64,000 nt of DNA from Terriglobales bacterium (lineage in GTDB: Bacteria > Acidobacteriota > Terriglobia > Terriglobales > Acidobacteriaceae). The position numbers and the translations under genes were made by a program. Of this stretch, positions 48,691 to 57,614 are shown in pieces. Every line of letters begins with the position of its first letter. Within the stretch, counting starts at the first letter, position 1. The stretch covers positions 4,473-68,472 of the forward strand of contig JBOGLH010000002.1 in the NCBI GenBank assembly GCA_050746025.1. The letters are read 5' to 3'. Below the pieces are notes generated by a model, which did not search any database, was not told where the DNA came from, and worked only from the letters and a program-made list of their open reading frames with translations.

Positions 48691-49429
48691 GCTGTTCGGC
48701 CTGGCAGGAAAGAACCCGCAATGCCTCGCGATATCCATTCAATGTGCCTACATCTACGTAAACGTCGCCTCGCTTCACGCCAATGGCTTTGCCACCCTTC
48801 GCCAGATAGGCGTTGACCAGCGTGCCCAGGTATTCGTCCGAACGATCACGATCCAGCCACAATTGATGAAGCTCCGCCAGGTGTACACCGGTCAGCTTGA
48901 ATGCGCCCCATACCCATTCTGACGCCGGCTTTCGGTTCTTAACCTGAATCTCTTCGACCAAGCCTTGGTGGTTGGTCACCACTGAGTCAAAGAGTTCCGG
49001 CCGCGATACCGGAAAAAGTAAAAACGAAAATTGGCGGTCGGGCAAAAATTGAAATCCATCGATTGGAAACCAGACGGTGTCAGGGAGCCCAACCATTATT
49101 TCGTCTTCCGGCCCTACGAAAGGCAACGCATTGAACAAAGCGTCGCATAAACCGTTGGGATTTTGTTGTACGGTGTAACAAATGGGAGCATTGCCGATGC
49201 GCGCGCCGAAGTAACGAACAATATCTGTCTTTTCAGGAGAGATAACGAAGCAAATGCGATTAATTCCAGCAGCAATCATGCGCTCGATGAGATATTCAGT
49301 GACGGCCCGAGGACGTTCAGTCGCGCCGTCCTGGCGGGTTCCAACCGGAAGCAGCTCTTTAGAAAATGCCAGCGGCTGTATGCGAGTACCACGACCAGCG
49401 GCCGGGATAATTCCCCAGCGTAAGCTCAT
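48674..49429 (-). CDS. Sugar-phosphate nucleotidyltransferase (RmlA/GalU-like fold)
   Basis: N-terminal GIIPAAGRGTRIQPLAFSKELLPVG signature. ATGA overlap with the upstream gene. Confidence 0.8.
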   Translation of the reverse strand: MSLRWGIIPAAGRGTRIQPLAFSKELLPVGTRQDGATERPRAVTEYLIERMIAAGINRICFVISPEKTDIVRYFGARIGNAPICYTVQQNPNGLCDALFNALPFVGPEDEIMVGLPDTVWFPIDGFQFLPDRQFSFLLFPVSRPELFDSVVTNHQGLVEEIQVKNRKPASEWVWGAFKLTGVHLAELHQLWLDRDRSDEYLGTLVNAYLAKGGKAIGVKRGDVYVDVGTLNGYREALRVLSCQAEQHELAS

Positions 49430-50487
49430 GCTGCCGCCTCCACCAACTGTAGAAATTCACAACTGCGGTGACCAGCAGTGTGTGCGCTAAACACTTTTTC
49501 ACGCGCAGCTTTTCCAATGCAGCGCAACTCTTCATCGCCTAGCTCAATTCCATTCACCACGTCGTCAGCGGACGATGCGACCAGTATCTCGCGGCCTGGC
49601 TCAAAGAACCCTGACAGACCTTCCCATGAATCACTGATCACCGGAGTTTCACAGGCTGCGGCCTCAAACAGCCGAGGAGACGGGCAGTATCCGAAAGCAG
49701 CCATGGCGCTGCGCGTCACATTCAGCGTGGCCTTTGACGAGCTATAAAACACAGGATGCTGCGGCGGCGAAACGTGCTCCACGAACCAGACGTTCTCGTT
49801 CCAAGGAAAATCGTCTGGATATTGCGCTCCGCCCAACATGAATTTCCGCTGCGGCAGGCGATGGGCTGGATCTAGAAAAAGAGCCTGCAGAGTATTTTGG
49901 CGATCGGCGGAGTACGTGCCTAAATAAGAAAGATCGGAGCAGTAGTGGCTGGAAGATGCGACCGGCTTATGGACATCCGGATCGACGCTCCCGTACAGGG
50001 GAGCCACCTTCTTCGCGCCTAACATCTCTTGCAATTCTTTCAAAGCCCGGCCCCCAACATAACTAAGCACCAAGTCAAAATCTCCTAACCCAGTGGAAGG
50101 GATGTAATCGACTGCACCGTGAGCGCGAAAATTCTGCAGGGTGACAGCGGTATCGAGATCATAGAAAATTTTCGCAGCCTTCGACTGCAACACGAGGTTA
50201 CAGACAGCCAAAGCGTCGGGACAATAAGACGTCACAACCGCGACATCACTGTCGGCGATCGCGGACTTCGCCGACGAGTTCACTTCGGCCCACGAAGGAT
50301 ACAAAATCAATTTGTAAGATTGGGGACCTACCAGATCACGATTGTTGGCGTAGTACGAAACGTCGCGTTCGAAAAATGTGACGTCATGTTTCTGCCGAGC
50401 GAAGGCATTACACAGTCCGCGCCATAGTGTTGCGTGGCCATTCCCCCATGATGAGCTCACGGTCAAGCCAAATATCGCCAGCTTCAT
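49426..50487 (-). CDS. GT-B glycosyltransferase of the CgeB-like type
   Basis: MKLAIFGLTVSSSWGNGHATLWRGLCNAF...; C-terminal FEAAACETPVISD. The track start at 50544 adds 19 aa. It is the first gene of the five-gene operon. Confidence 0.65.
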   Translation of the reverse strand: MKLAIFGLTVSSSWGNGHATLWRGLCNAFARQKHDVTFFERDVSYYANNRDLVGPQSYKLILYPSWAEVNSSAKSAIADSDVAVVTSYCPDALAVCNLVLQSKAAKIFYDLDTAVTLQNFRAHGAVDYIPSTGLGDFDLVLSYVGGRALKELQEMLGAKKVAPLYGSVDPDVHKPVASSSHYCSDLSYLGTYSADRQNTLQALFLDPAHRLPQRKFMLGGAQYPDDFPWNENVWFVEHVSPPQHPVFYSSSKATLNVTRSAMAAFGYCPSPRLFEAAACETPVISDSWEGLSGFFEPGREILVASSADDVVNGIELGDEELRCIGKAAREKVFSAHTAGHRSCEFLQLVEAAA

Positions 50488-50746
50488 CGGCCAATCCCAC
50501 AAACATGCAATGTTAGTTTCATAACGATAGGCGCCCGGACTCAAGGAATGGAATGTTTAACCACAACTTCGATGCTATGAGTACGAACAAAGCTGTATTT
50601 CAGAGTAGGTTCGACATTTTCTGTTTGAGCCTAGCGATTTGAGCTAAGGGCACGAAAAAGCGGGACATCTCACGTTTTCCAGCATGCATCAGAGTCTGTT
50701 CGGACGTGTAGTGATCTACGCGACGCAGCTCTGGTAAACGCTCATC

Positions 50747-53692
50747 ATGCGCTGGATAATCTTCTGGTCTTTGTTGGCGCTCATTTCGTTTCCGGCTGCC
50801 GCCCAGACCAAATCCAGCAACCCACCACCCTCATATGAAGGCCAACGGGTGGGTTCGATCGATCTCACCGCAAATCCCCATCTCGATACCGAACCGTACC
50901 GGAAGCTCATCGTTCAAAAGCCCGGCGAACCATACTCGAACAAGAAGATTCAAGAGAGTATGGACGCGCTAAACCACAGCGGAGTCTTCAGCAAAGTGCA
51001 ATTAAAAGTGCAAACGGACCCCGCCGGGCTCAAACTGACGTTCGTTCTCGAACCTGCTTATTACATTGGCATGTTGAAGTTTCCGGGTGGCACGAAGCAC
51101 TTCTCTTACACTCGATTACTGCAAGTAGTCAATCTGCCAGACCAGACCGAATTTCAGCAGAGTCAGATCGCGACCGCTGAAACGGCTCTGACGAAATTCT
51201 TTCACGATTACGGCTTCTTTTCGATGACGGTGCACACGAAGGTGCAACTCGATGACGCCAACCGCCTGACTCACATTACATTTCAAATAAACCCCGGCAA
51301 GCACGCGCATATCGGAAAAGTGGAAATCCGTGGAGCAAGGCCTGAGGAAAATCGGAGGTTACAAGCAACGGTTCATTCGCTCCGCGCCCGGCTCACCGGG
51401 GCGCTGCTGAAACACGGAAAACCTTATTCGCTGCGGCGTATTCGAGCGGCGACTGTACTGATAGGAAAGAAGCTCGCCCAGCAGAACTATCCGGCCCACA
51501 AAATCGTTATCAGCCCCCCGGAGTATCACCCCGATACGAATCTGGCTGACGTGGCCATCGATGTGGACACCGGGCCGGTGATTGAGATCCGGGTTGTAGG
51601 CGCCAAACTTTCCTGGATTCCATTCCTGGGTAGCCGCGAAAAGAAAAAGCTGATTTCCATCTACGACGAAGAGTCAGTTGATCCCGATATCGTGGAAGAA
51701 AGCCGGCGCAATCTGCAGAACTATTTCGAGCGCAAAGGCTACTTCGAAGCTAAGGTCCATACCAATACTCAGCAGCAGAGCGACAGGACCATTCTCACTT
51801 TTCAGATCGATAAAGGGCGCAAGTATTCGGTTAAGGAAATTGCTTTCACTGGAAATCACCACCTCAGCAGCAGCGATCTCGCGGCCCAGGTTGATGTCAA
51901 GGAGGGAAAATGGATCATCAGCCACGGGACCTACAGCGAAAAGCTCACCAGCAAAAGTGCGAAGAATATCGAGAATTTTTATAAAGACAACGGCTTTGAG
52001 CAAGCGAAGGTCACGCCCCAAGCCGTGGTGCGAAATCAGGGAATCCGTATCACCTTCAATGTGACGGAAGGCGATCGCACAACCGTGGGCACGCTTCGAG
52101 TGGAGGGAAACAAAAGCATTCCCTTCGACCAGCTTCATCACGGGAAAGGGCAATTCGAATTACTCGAAGGCAAACCTTTTTCTCCGCGCAGGATGTCCGA
52201 CGATCGCAATCAAATTGCCGCGAAATATCTCGATGCCGGATTCCTGAATTCTGAGGTGAAGACGACCGTGACCCGTCACCCTGATGATCCCCACGTAGTC
52301 GACGTAACCTATGCAATTACCGAGAATCAAAGGGTACGGATCAGCAACGTCGTGTACATGGGATGGGACCACACGCGACTGGCTCTGGTTAAAAAAAGCG
52401 CCAACCTCGTACCCGAGGAACCATTGAGCGAAGGCAAATTGCTGCAGGGAGAAAGCGACCTCTATGACCTCGGGATCTTCGATTGGTCAAGTATTGGCCC
52501 GCGGAGGCAGATTACCGATCAGACAGAAGAAGAAGCCTTGGTCAAAGTGCACGAAGCCAAGCGCAACTCGATGACTTACGGATTCGGTTTGCAGATTTCG
52601 CGGCGCGGCGGAAATGTGCCCACCGGAAGCGTCGCCGTTCCCGGCCTTCCAACCATTGGATTGCACGGGGCCAAAGTCCTGCCGAGCGAAGCGACTTTCG
52701 TCAGCCCACGGGGATCCATCGAATACCGCCGCCTCGATATGCGTGGATTAGGCGAGACTCTTGCGGTCTCGGTATTAGCGGAACGGCTCGATCAGCGGTT
52801 TATCTCAACTTATACCGATCCGCATTTCCGGCTTTCTAGCTGGCAGGCACTGACTAGTATCTCGGCCGAACGCACAACCGAGAATCCATTGTTCCAAGCG
52901 CGCCTTGCTGATGCCTCCGTGCAGTTTCAACGATTTCTAGACAGCAAGAAGACTCGGCTGCTTCAGCTTCGGTATGATTTCAATCACACCAAATTGAGTC
53001 AGCTGCTAGTTCCACAATTGGTGCTCCCGCCTGACCGCAATGTCCTGCTGTCCTATGTTTCGAGCACTTTGATTCAAGACACGCGCGACAAACCGCTGGA
53101 CGCCCATAAAGGCGTGTATAGCACTCTGGATTTCCGGCTGGTACCTAGGGCCCTGGGCTCCAGCGCCAACTTTGCCCGGTTCTTCGGTCAATATGCCTTT
53201 TACAAGCCGCTTCCGGCGGGTTTGGTATTCGCAAACAGTTGGCGTCTTGGGCTGGCCGCCCCATATGGCAATCGTGACGTGCCCACCAGCCAACGTTTCT
53301 TCGCTGGAGGCGGCACCACTCTGCGCGGCTTCCCCACTGATGAAGCCGGGCCGGTGCGGTACGTCCCGTTTTGCCAAAAGGCGACCACTACCAATTGCCC
53401 ACTGATTCCAATCCCGGTTGGCGGAAATCAGCTCTTTATTTTGAATTCCGAGCTGCGGTATCCGATCCCACTTATCAGCAATTTGGGTGGCGTGATCTTT
53501 TATGACGGCGGCAATGTCTATCGGCGGATCAATTTTCCAGAGTTCGTCAACAATTATTCGAACACAGTTGGGATCGGACTGAGATACAACACGCCCATTG
53601 GCCCACTGCGAGTCGATCTGGGACACAATCTAAATCCGGTCACTGGCATCAGCGCAACCCAATTCTTCATCACACTGGGTCAGGCGTTTTAG
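50747..53692 (+). CDS. BamA/TamA-family (Omp85) outer-membrane protein with multiple POTRA domains, partner of the downstream TamB
   Basis: Signal peptide MRWIIFWSLLALISFPAAAQ. Repeated POTRA-like units (I..I.F.GN..., Y...GY..A.V). C-terminal barrel with RFFAGGGTTLRGF and a terminal ...FFITLGQAF. Confidence 0.85.
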   Translation: MRWIIFWSLLALISFPAAAQTKSSNPPPSYEGQRVGSIDLTANPHLDTEPYRKLIVQKPGEPYSNKKIQESMDALNHSGVFSKVQLKVQTDPAGLKLTFVLEPAYYIGMLKFPGGTKHFSYTRLLQVVNLPDQTEFQQSQIATAETALTKFFHDYGFFSMTVHTKVQLDDANRLTHITFQINPGKHAHIGKVEIRGARPEENRRLQATVHSLRARLTGALLKHGKPYSLRRIRAATVLIGKKLAQQNYPAHKIVISPPEYHPDTNLADVAIDVDTGPVIEIRVVGAKLSWIPFLGSREKKKLISIYDEESVDPDIVEESRRNLQNYFERKGYFEAKVHTNTQQQSDRTILTFQIDKGRKYSVKEIAFTGNHHLSSSDLAAQVDVKEGKWIISHGTYSEKLTSKSAKNIENFYKDNGFEQAKVTPQAVVRNQGIRITFNVTEGDRTTVGTLRVEGNKSIPFDQLHHGKGQFELLEGKPFSPRRMSDDRNQIAAKYLDAGFLNSEVKTTVTRHPDDPHVVDVTYAITENQRVRISNVVYMGWDHTRLALVKKSANLVPEEPLSEGKLLQGESDLYDLGIFDWSSIGPRRQITDQTEEEALVKVHEAKRNSMTYGFGLQISRRGGNVPTGSVAVPGLPTIGLHGAKVLPSEATFVSPRGSIEYRRLDMRGLGETLAVSVLAERLDQRFISTYTDPHFRLSSWQALTSISAERTTENPLFQARLADASVQFQRFLDSKKTRLLQLRYDFNHTKLSQLLVPQLVLPPDRNVLLSYVSSTLIQDTRDKPLDAHKGVYSTLDFRLVPRALGSSANFARFFGQYAFYKPLPAGLVFANSWRLGLAAPYGNRDVPTSQRFFAGGGTTLRGFPTDEAGPVRYVPFCQKATTTNCPLIPIPVGGNQLFILNSELRYPIPLISNLGGVIFYDGGNVYRRINFPEFVNNYSNTVGIGLRYNTPIGPLRVDLGHNLNPVTGISATQFFITLGQAF

Positions 53693-53699
53693 ACCAAAT

Positions 53700-56600
53700 A
53701 TGTCGAATTGGCGAAAAATTGTCGGCTGGACAGCAGTTGTAATCGGCGCGTTAGTGCTGCTGGTAGTTGTCGCCGCAGTCGTGATTCTGAAAAATCCAGC
53801 TTTCCAGCGGTATCTTGTCGCGAAAATTGAGCAAAGTGCTCAGGAATCAACCGGCGCAAGGGTAGAAGTTCAAGGGCTTCAGATTCACCTCAAAACCCTC
53901 AGCGCAGATATTTATGGTCTGGTCGTTCACGGGACCGAGCCCGCTGGAGCGAAGCCGCTACTGGAGGTTCCACATGCGCACATAGGGCTGAAGATAATTT
54001 CAGTTCTGCGTCATAAAGTGAATTTGAGTGAGCTGCTTGTTGAACGTCCGGCAGTAAATCTGATCGTTGATAAACAAGGTCACAGCAATCTGCCGCAGCC
54101 GCCGCCATCGCAAAATAAGAACGGGAGCACAAACGTATTTGATCTTGCAGTAGGCCACGTGCTGCTCAGCGATGGTGTGATCAACGCCATTGATCGAAAG
54201 ATTCCAGTTAATGCGAACCTGAGCCGCCTGCGGACGGAAATCACGTTCAGCCATTTAAAGAAACAATACAACGGCACGATTGGTTATCAGAGCGGATTGG
54301 TGCAGTACGAACACCTGAAGCCGTTTCCGCACAGCCTGCAGGCATCTTTCAGTGTCAGTCCATCCGAACTGGAACTGAAATCGATGGTTTTAAATCTCGG
54401 CGGATCGCAATTGCACATCGAGGCTAAGGTTCGCGACTACGGCAGCTCTCCGGTGGCGGATGGGCATTATGAGGTAGTGCTGCACACCCAAGATTTTGCT
54501 GGATTGTCGAGCGCCGATGCCTCAGGCGACGTGGCGATAAACGGCACCATGAATTACAAAGATGTGCCTGGCCAATCCGCGCTGAAAAACGCCAGGCTGT
54601 CAGGAAAAATTGGCAGCAACGGGCTGATGGTTTTCACGCCGAAAGCAGCAGTAAAAATTCAGAAGATCGTTGGCAAATACCAGTTGGCGGATGGCAACTT
54701 TGAAAGCGACGGCCTCGCGCTTGATTTGCTCGGTGGCAGGGTCACCGCAAATGGAAGGATCGATGGCGTGGACTCGACACAGCGTTCGCGCTTCCATTTG
54801 CAAGTAGCAGGCATTTCGTTGCAGGCATTGAAGTCGTCCATGCGAAACCTATCAAAGCAATCGGTGCCAGTCACTGGAACCTTGAATGCCAGCGCTGATG
54901 CCGCCTGGGAAGGCAGTCCCGCAAAACTGCGTGCCAAGTCAGCTATCATAATGCGCGGATCTCTCATCACCTCGCGGGGTTCACATTTTCCGTTGAATGC
55001 GGACCTGCATCTGGATTACGATGCCCCGCGGAATCTGCTCTCGATCGCATCCAGTTCTATACAACTCCCAGCCACGTCAATCCACGCGCAGGGGGAAGTT
55101 GGCGATCATTCAAACCTGACTGTGACCGCTAAAAGTAGCGATTTGCATCAACTGATGTTGCTGGCCTCGGCGATGCCGACCACCAAACAGGGGGCAACTC
55201 AGTCGAGTTCACCTGATATTCGGGGTGCGGGGACTCTCAATGCGGTGGTACGAGGAACTCTGCAGAATCCACAAATCACTGCGCAGATCTCCGCCAATAA
55301 CCTGAGAGTGAATCACAGCGAGTGGAAGTCATTGCAACTGGCGTTGACTGCAAACCCATCGCAGTTTTCCATCCAGCGCGCATCCTTGGTGTCGGCGCAG
55401 CAAGGGCAATTGACATTAAATGCAACCGCAAGACTGAAGCATTGGTCTTATGTCTCTTCTGATCCGATTTCGGCTTCTCTCAAAATTCAACGCCTGCGCA
55501 TGGCAGAACTAGAGCAGATCGCGAATGTCCAATATCCAGTCGAAGGAGAACTCTCCGGGAATATCGCACTACGAGGCTCAGAGCTTAATCCGCAGGGTCA
55601 GGGAAAGCTTCAAATCAACAAAGCAAAAATTTCCGATGAGCCGCTAAACAATCTTTCAGCACAGTTTCAAGCCGCTGGGGGAACCATTCACACAAACCTG
55701 GTCGTAGGAGCGGCAACCGCAAACATAAACTTCACCCCGAAGACAAAAGCGTATCAATTCAAACTACAGACTTCCAAGATTGACCTCAGTAAGAGCCATA
55801 CGGTGCAGGCAAAAAATCTCCCGCTCAAGGGAGTGGTAACAATTTCTGCAAATGGCGCCGGGACAGTTGATAACCCACAACTCGCGGCTTCGGTACAGGT
55901 TGACCAACTGCAACTGCACGACACGAATTTCAGCCGGGTGGAGGCCAATCTGAACGTTGCCAATCACCTGGCGAAGCTGGCATTGAACTCTGGGGTTGGC
56001 GGGGCCATGCTGCACGGCAGTGCCACGGTGCACCTTAGTCCCGGTTATTACACCGAAGCCTCGCTCGATACCAGTAAATTCGACGTCGATCCGTTCCTTG
56101 CGATGTACATGCCATCACGCCCCGCGGGATTGCGCGGGGAAACCGAACTGCACATTACAGTTCGCGGACCGGCCACTGATCGAGCCAAGCTGGAAGCGCA
56201 CCTGACAGTGCCCGTCCTGAGCGCCAGTTACCAATCGCTGCAAGTTGCTGCGGCGGCGCCTATTCATGTGGACTACGCAAACGCTGTGCTGAACATATCT
56301 CCCGCGACTATCAAAGGAACGGATACTTCTTTGCAGTTTCAAGGCAGAATTCCAATTGACAAGCCGGAGGCGATGTCAGTTTCCGCCCGCGGCTCCGTCG
56401 ATCTTCGACTAATTCAGTTGTTGCAGCCTGATGTCCAAAGCGGGGGCACTATCGCCCTCGATGTAACCGCTAAGGGCACGTTAAAAAAACCGGGCGTAAA
56501 TGGCCAAATAAGACTCCAGAATGCCTCGTTTTCAACCGAGCAAATGCCACTTGGCGTGCAGGAGTTGAACGCAACTATGCAAATCAGCGACACCGGTGTG

Positions 56601-57614
56601 CAGATCACCAACGGCTCCGGCAAACTCGGGGGCGGGCCAGTTACGCTTAGCGGTTCGATCATTTACCGTCCACAGGTGCAAATGAACGTCGCACTCTCTG
56701 CCAACTCGGTTCGGCTGCGCTATCCGGAGGGCATGAGAACCGTTTTCGGCGCGGACCTGACTCTAACCGGCAATCAACAGGCTTCTCTTTTACAGGGGCG
56801 AGTGTTGATTGACTCTCTGTCATTCACCTCTGACTTTGACCTCTCTTCGTTTATGGCACAGTTCACCGGGACCAGCGCACCTCCGACCGGACAAAGCTTG
56901 GCGGATAACTTGAAACTGCAAATCGCGGTCCAATCCACCAGTCAACTGAACGCCGGAACTGCGCAGCTGGGGATTGAAGGAAGCGCCAACCTGAAGGTGA
57001 TCGGCACCGCATCGAACCCGGTGGTCATCGGGCGCGCGGACCTGACTTCGGGAGATATTTTCTTCGCCAAAAATCAGTACCATCTCGAGCGCGGATTGAT
57101 AACTTTCGCCAACCCGAATCAGACTGAGCCGGTCCTGAACATGCTGATCAGCACCACGATTAATCAGTACAGCCTGAGCATCACGATTCGGGGTCCCATC
57201 CAGAAATTGCAGACCAATTATGTATCTGATCCGCCGCTGCCGCCGATTGACATTATTAATTTGATCGCCCGCGGCCAGACCACAACCGAAGGAGCCCCGG
57301 CGAATTTTGGCGCTAGTGAAGTATTGGCGGCGGGATTGGGGCAAGTGAGCAACCAAGTGACGAAGCTGACCGGAATCGCGGGACTGCAGATTGATCCACT
57401 GATCGGGGGAGACAATGCTAATCCTTCTGCCCGCGTCGGAATTCAGAAGCGGGTCACCAAAAATTTTACCTTTACCTTCTCGACCGACGTTACCCAGCCG
57501 CAAAGTGAAATCGTTCAAGGGGAATACCAGTTGAACAAGCGCTGGTCGGTAAGTGTAGTGCGAGATCAAAGCGGGGGGTTTTCGATGGATGGCCGGTTCC
57601 ACACAAATTTCTAG
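53700..57614 (+). CDS. tamB: Translocation and assembly module protein TamB (AsmA-like superfamily, DUF490 C-terminus)
   Basis: 1304 aa. N-terminal anchor WTAVVIGALVLLVVVAAVVIL, a long beta-rich repeat body, and a C-terminal ...QKRVTKNFTFTFSTDVTQPQSEIVQGEYQLNKRWSVSVVRDQSGGFSMDGRF. Confidence 0.9.
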   Translation: MSNWRKIVGWTAVVIGALVLLVVVAAVVILKNPAFQRYLVAKIEQSAQESTGARVEVQGLQIHLKTLSADIYGLVVHGTEPAGAKPLLEVPHAHIGLKIISVLRHKVNLSELLVERPAVNLIVDKQGHSNLPQPPPSQNKNGSTNVFDLAVGHVLLSDGVINAIDRKIPVNANLSRLRTEITFSHLKKQYNGTIGYQSGLVQYEHLKPFPHSLQASFSVSPSELELKSMVLNLGGSQLHIEAKVRDYGSSPVADGHYEVVLHTQDFAGLSSADASGDVAINGTMNYKDVPGQSALKNARLSGKIGSNGLMVFTPKAAVKIQKIVGKYQLADGNFESDGLALDLLGGRVTANGRIDGVDSTQRSRFHLQVAGISLQALKSSMRNLSKQSVPVTGTLNASADAAWEGSPAKLRAKSAIIMRGSLITSRGSHFPLNADLHLDYDAPRNLLSIASSSIQLPATSIHAQGEVGDHSNLTVTAKSSDLHQLMLLASAMPTTKQGATQSSSPDIRGAGTLNAVVRGTLQNPQITAQISANNLRVNHSEWKSLQLALTANPSQFSIQRASLVSAQQGQLTLNATARLKHWSYVSSDPISASLKIQRLRMAELEQIANVQYPVEGELSGNIALRGSELNPQGQGKLQINKAKISDEPLNNLSAQFQAAGGTIHTNLVVGAATANINFTPKTKAYQFKLQTSKIDLSKSHTVQAKNLPLKGVVTISANGAGTVDNPQLAASVQVDQLQLHDTNFSRVEANLNVANHLAKLALNSGVGGAMLHGSATVHLSPGYYTEASLDTSKFDVDPFLAMYMPSRPAGLRGETELHITVRGPATDRAKLEAHLTVPVLSASYQSLQVAAAAPIHVDYANAVLNISPATIKGTDTSLQFQGRIPIDKPEAMSVSARGSVDLRLIQLLQPDVQSGGTIALDVTAKGTLKKPGVNGQIRLQNASFSTEQMPLGVQELNATMQISDTGVQITNGSGKLGGGPVTLSGSIIYRPQVQMNVALSANSVRLRYPEGMRTVFGADLTLTGNQQASLLQGRVLIDSLSFTSDFDLSSFMAQFTGTSAPPTGQSLADNLKLQIAVQSTSQLNAGTAQLGIEGSANLKVIGTASNPVVIGRADLTSGDIFFAKNQYHLERGLITFANPNQTEPVLNMLISTTINQYSLSITIRGPIQKLQTNYVSDPPLPPIDIINLIARGQTTTEGAPANFGASEVLAAGLGQVSNQVTKLTGIAGLQIDPLIGGDNANPSARVGIQKRVTKNFTFTFSTDVTQPQSEIVQGEYQLNKRWSVSVVRDQSGGFSMDGRFHTNF

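Noticed and set aside
53006-53626. 206-aa ORF on the minus strand
   Set aside because: It is antisense to the beta-barrel region of the BamA-family gene and is a shadow ORF.
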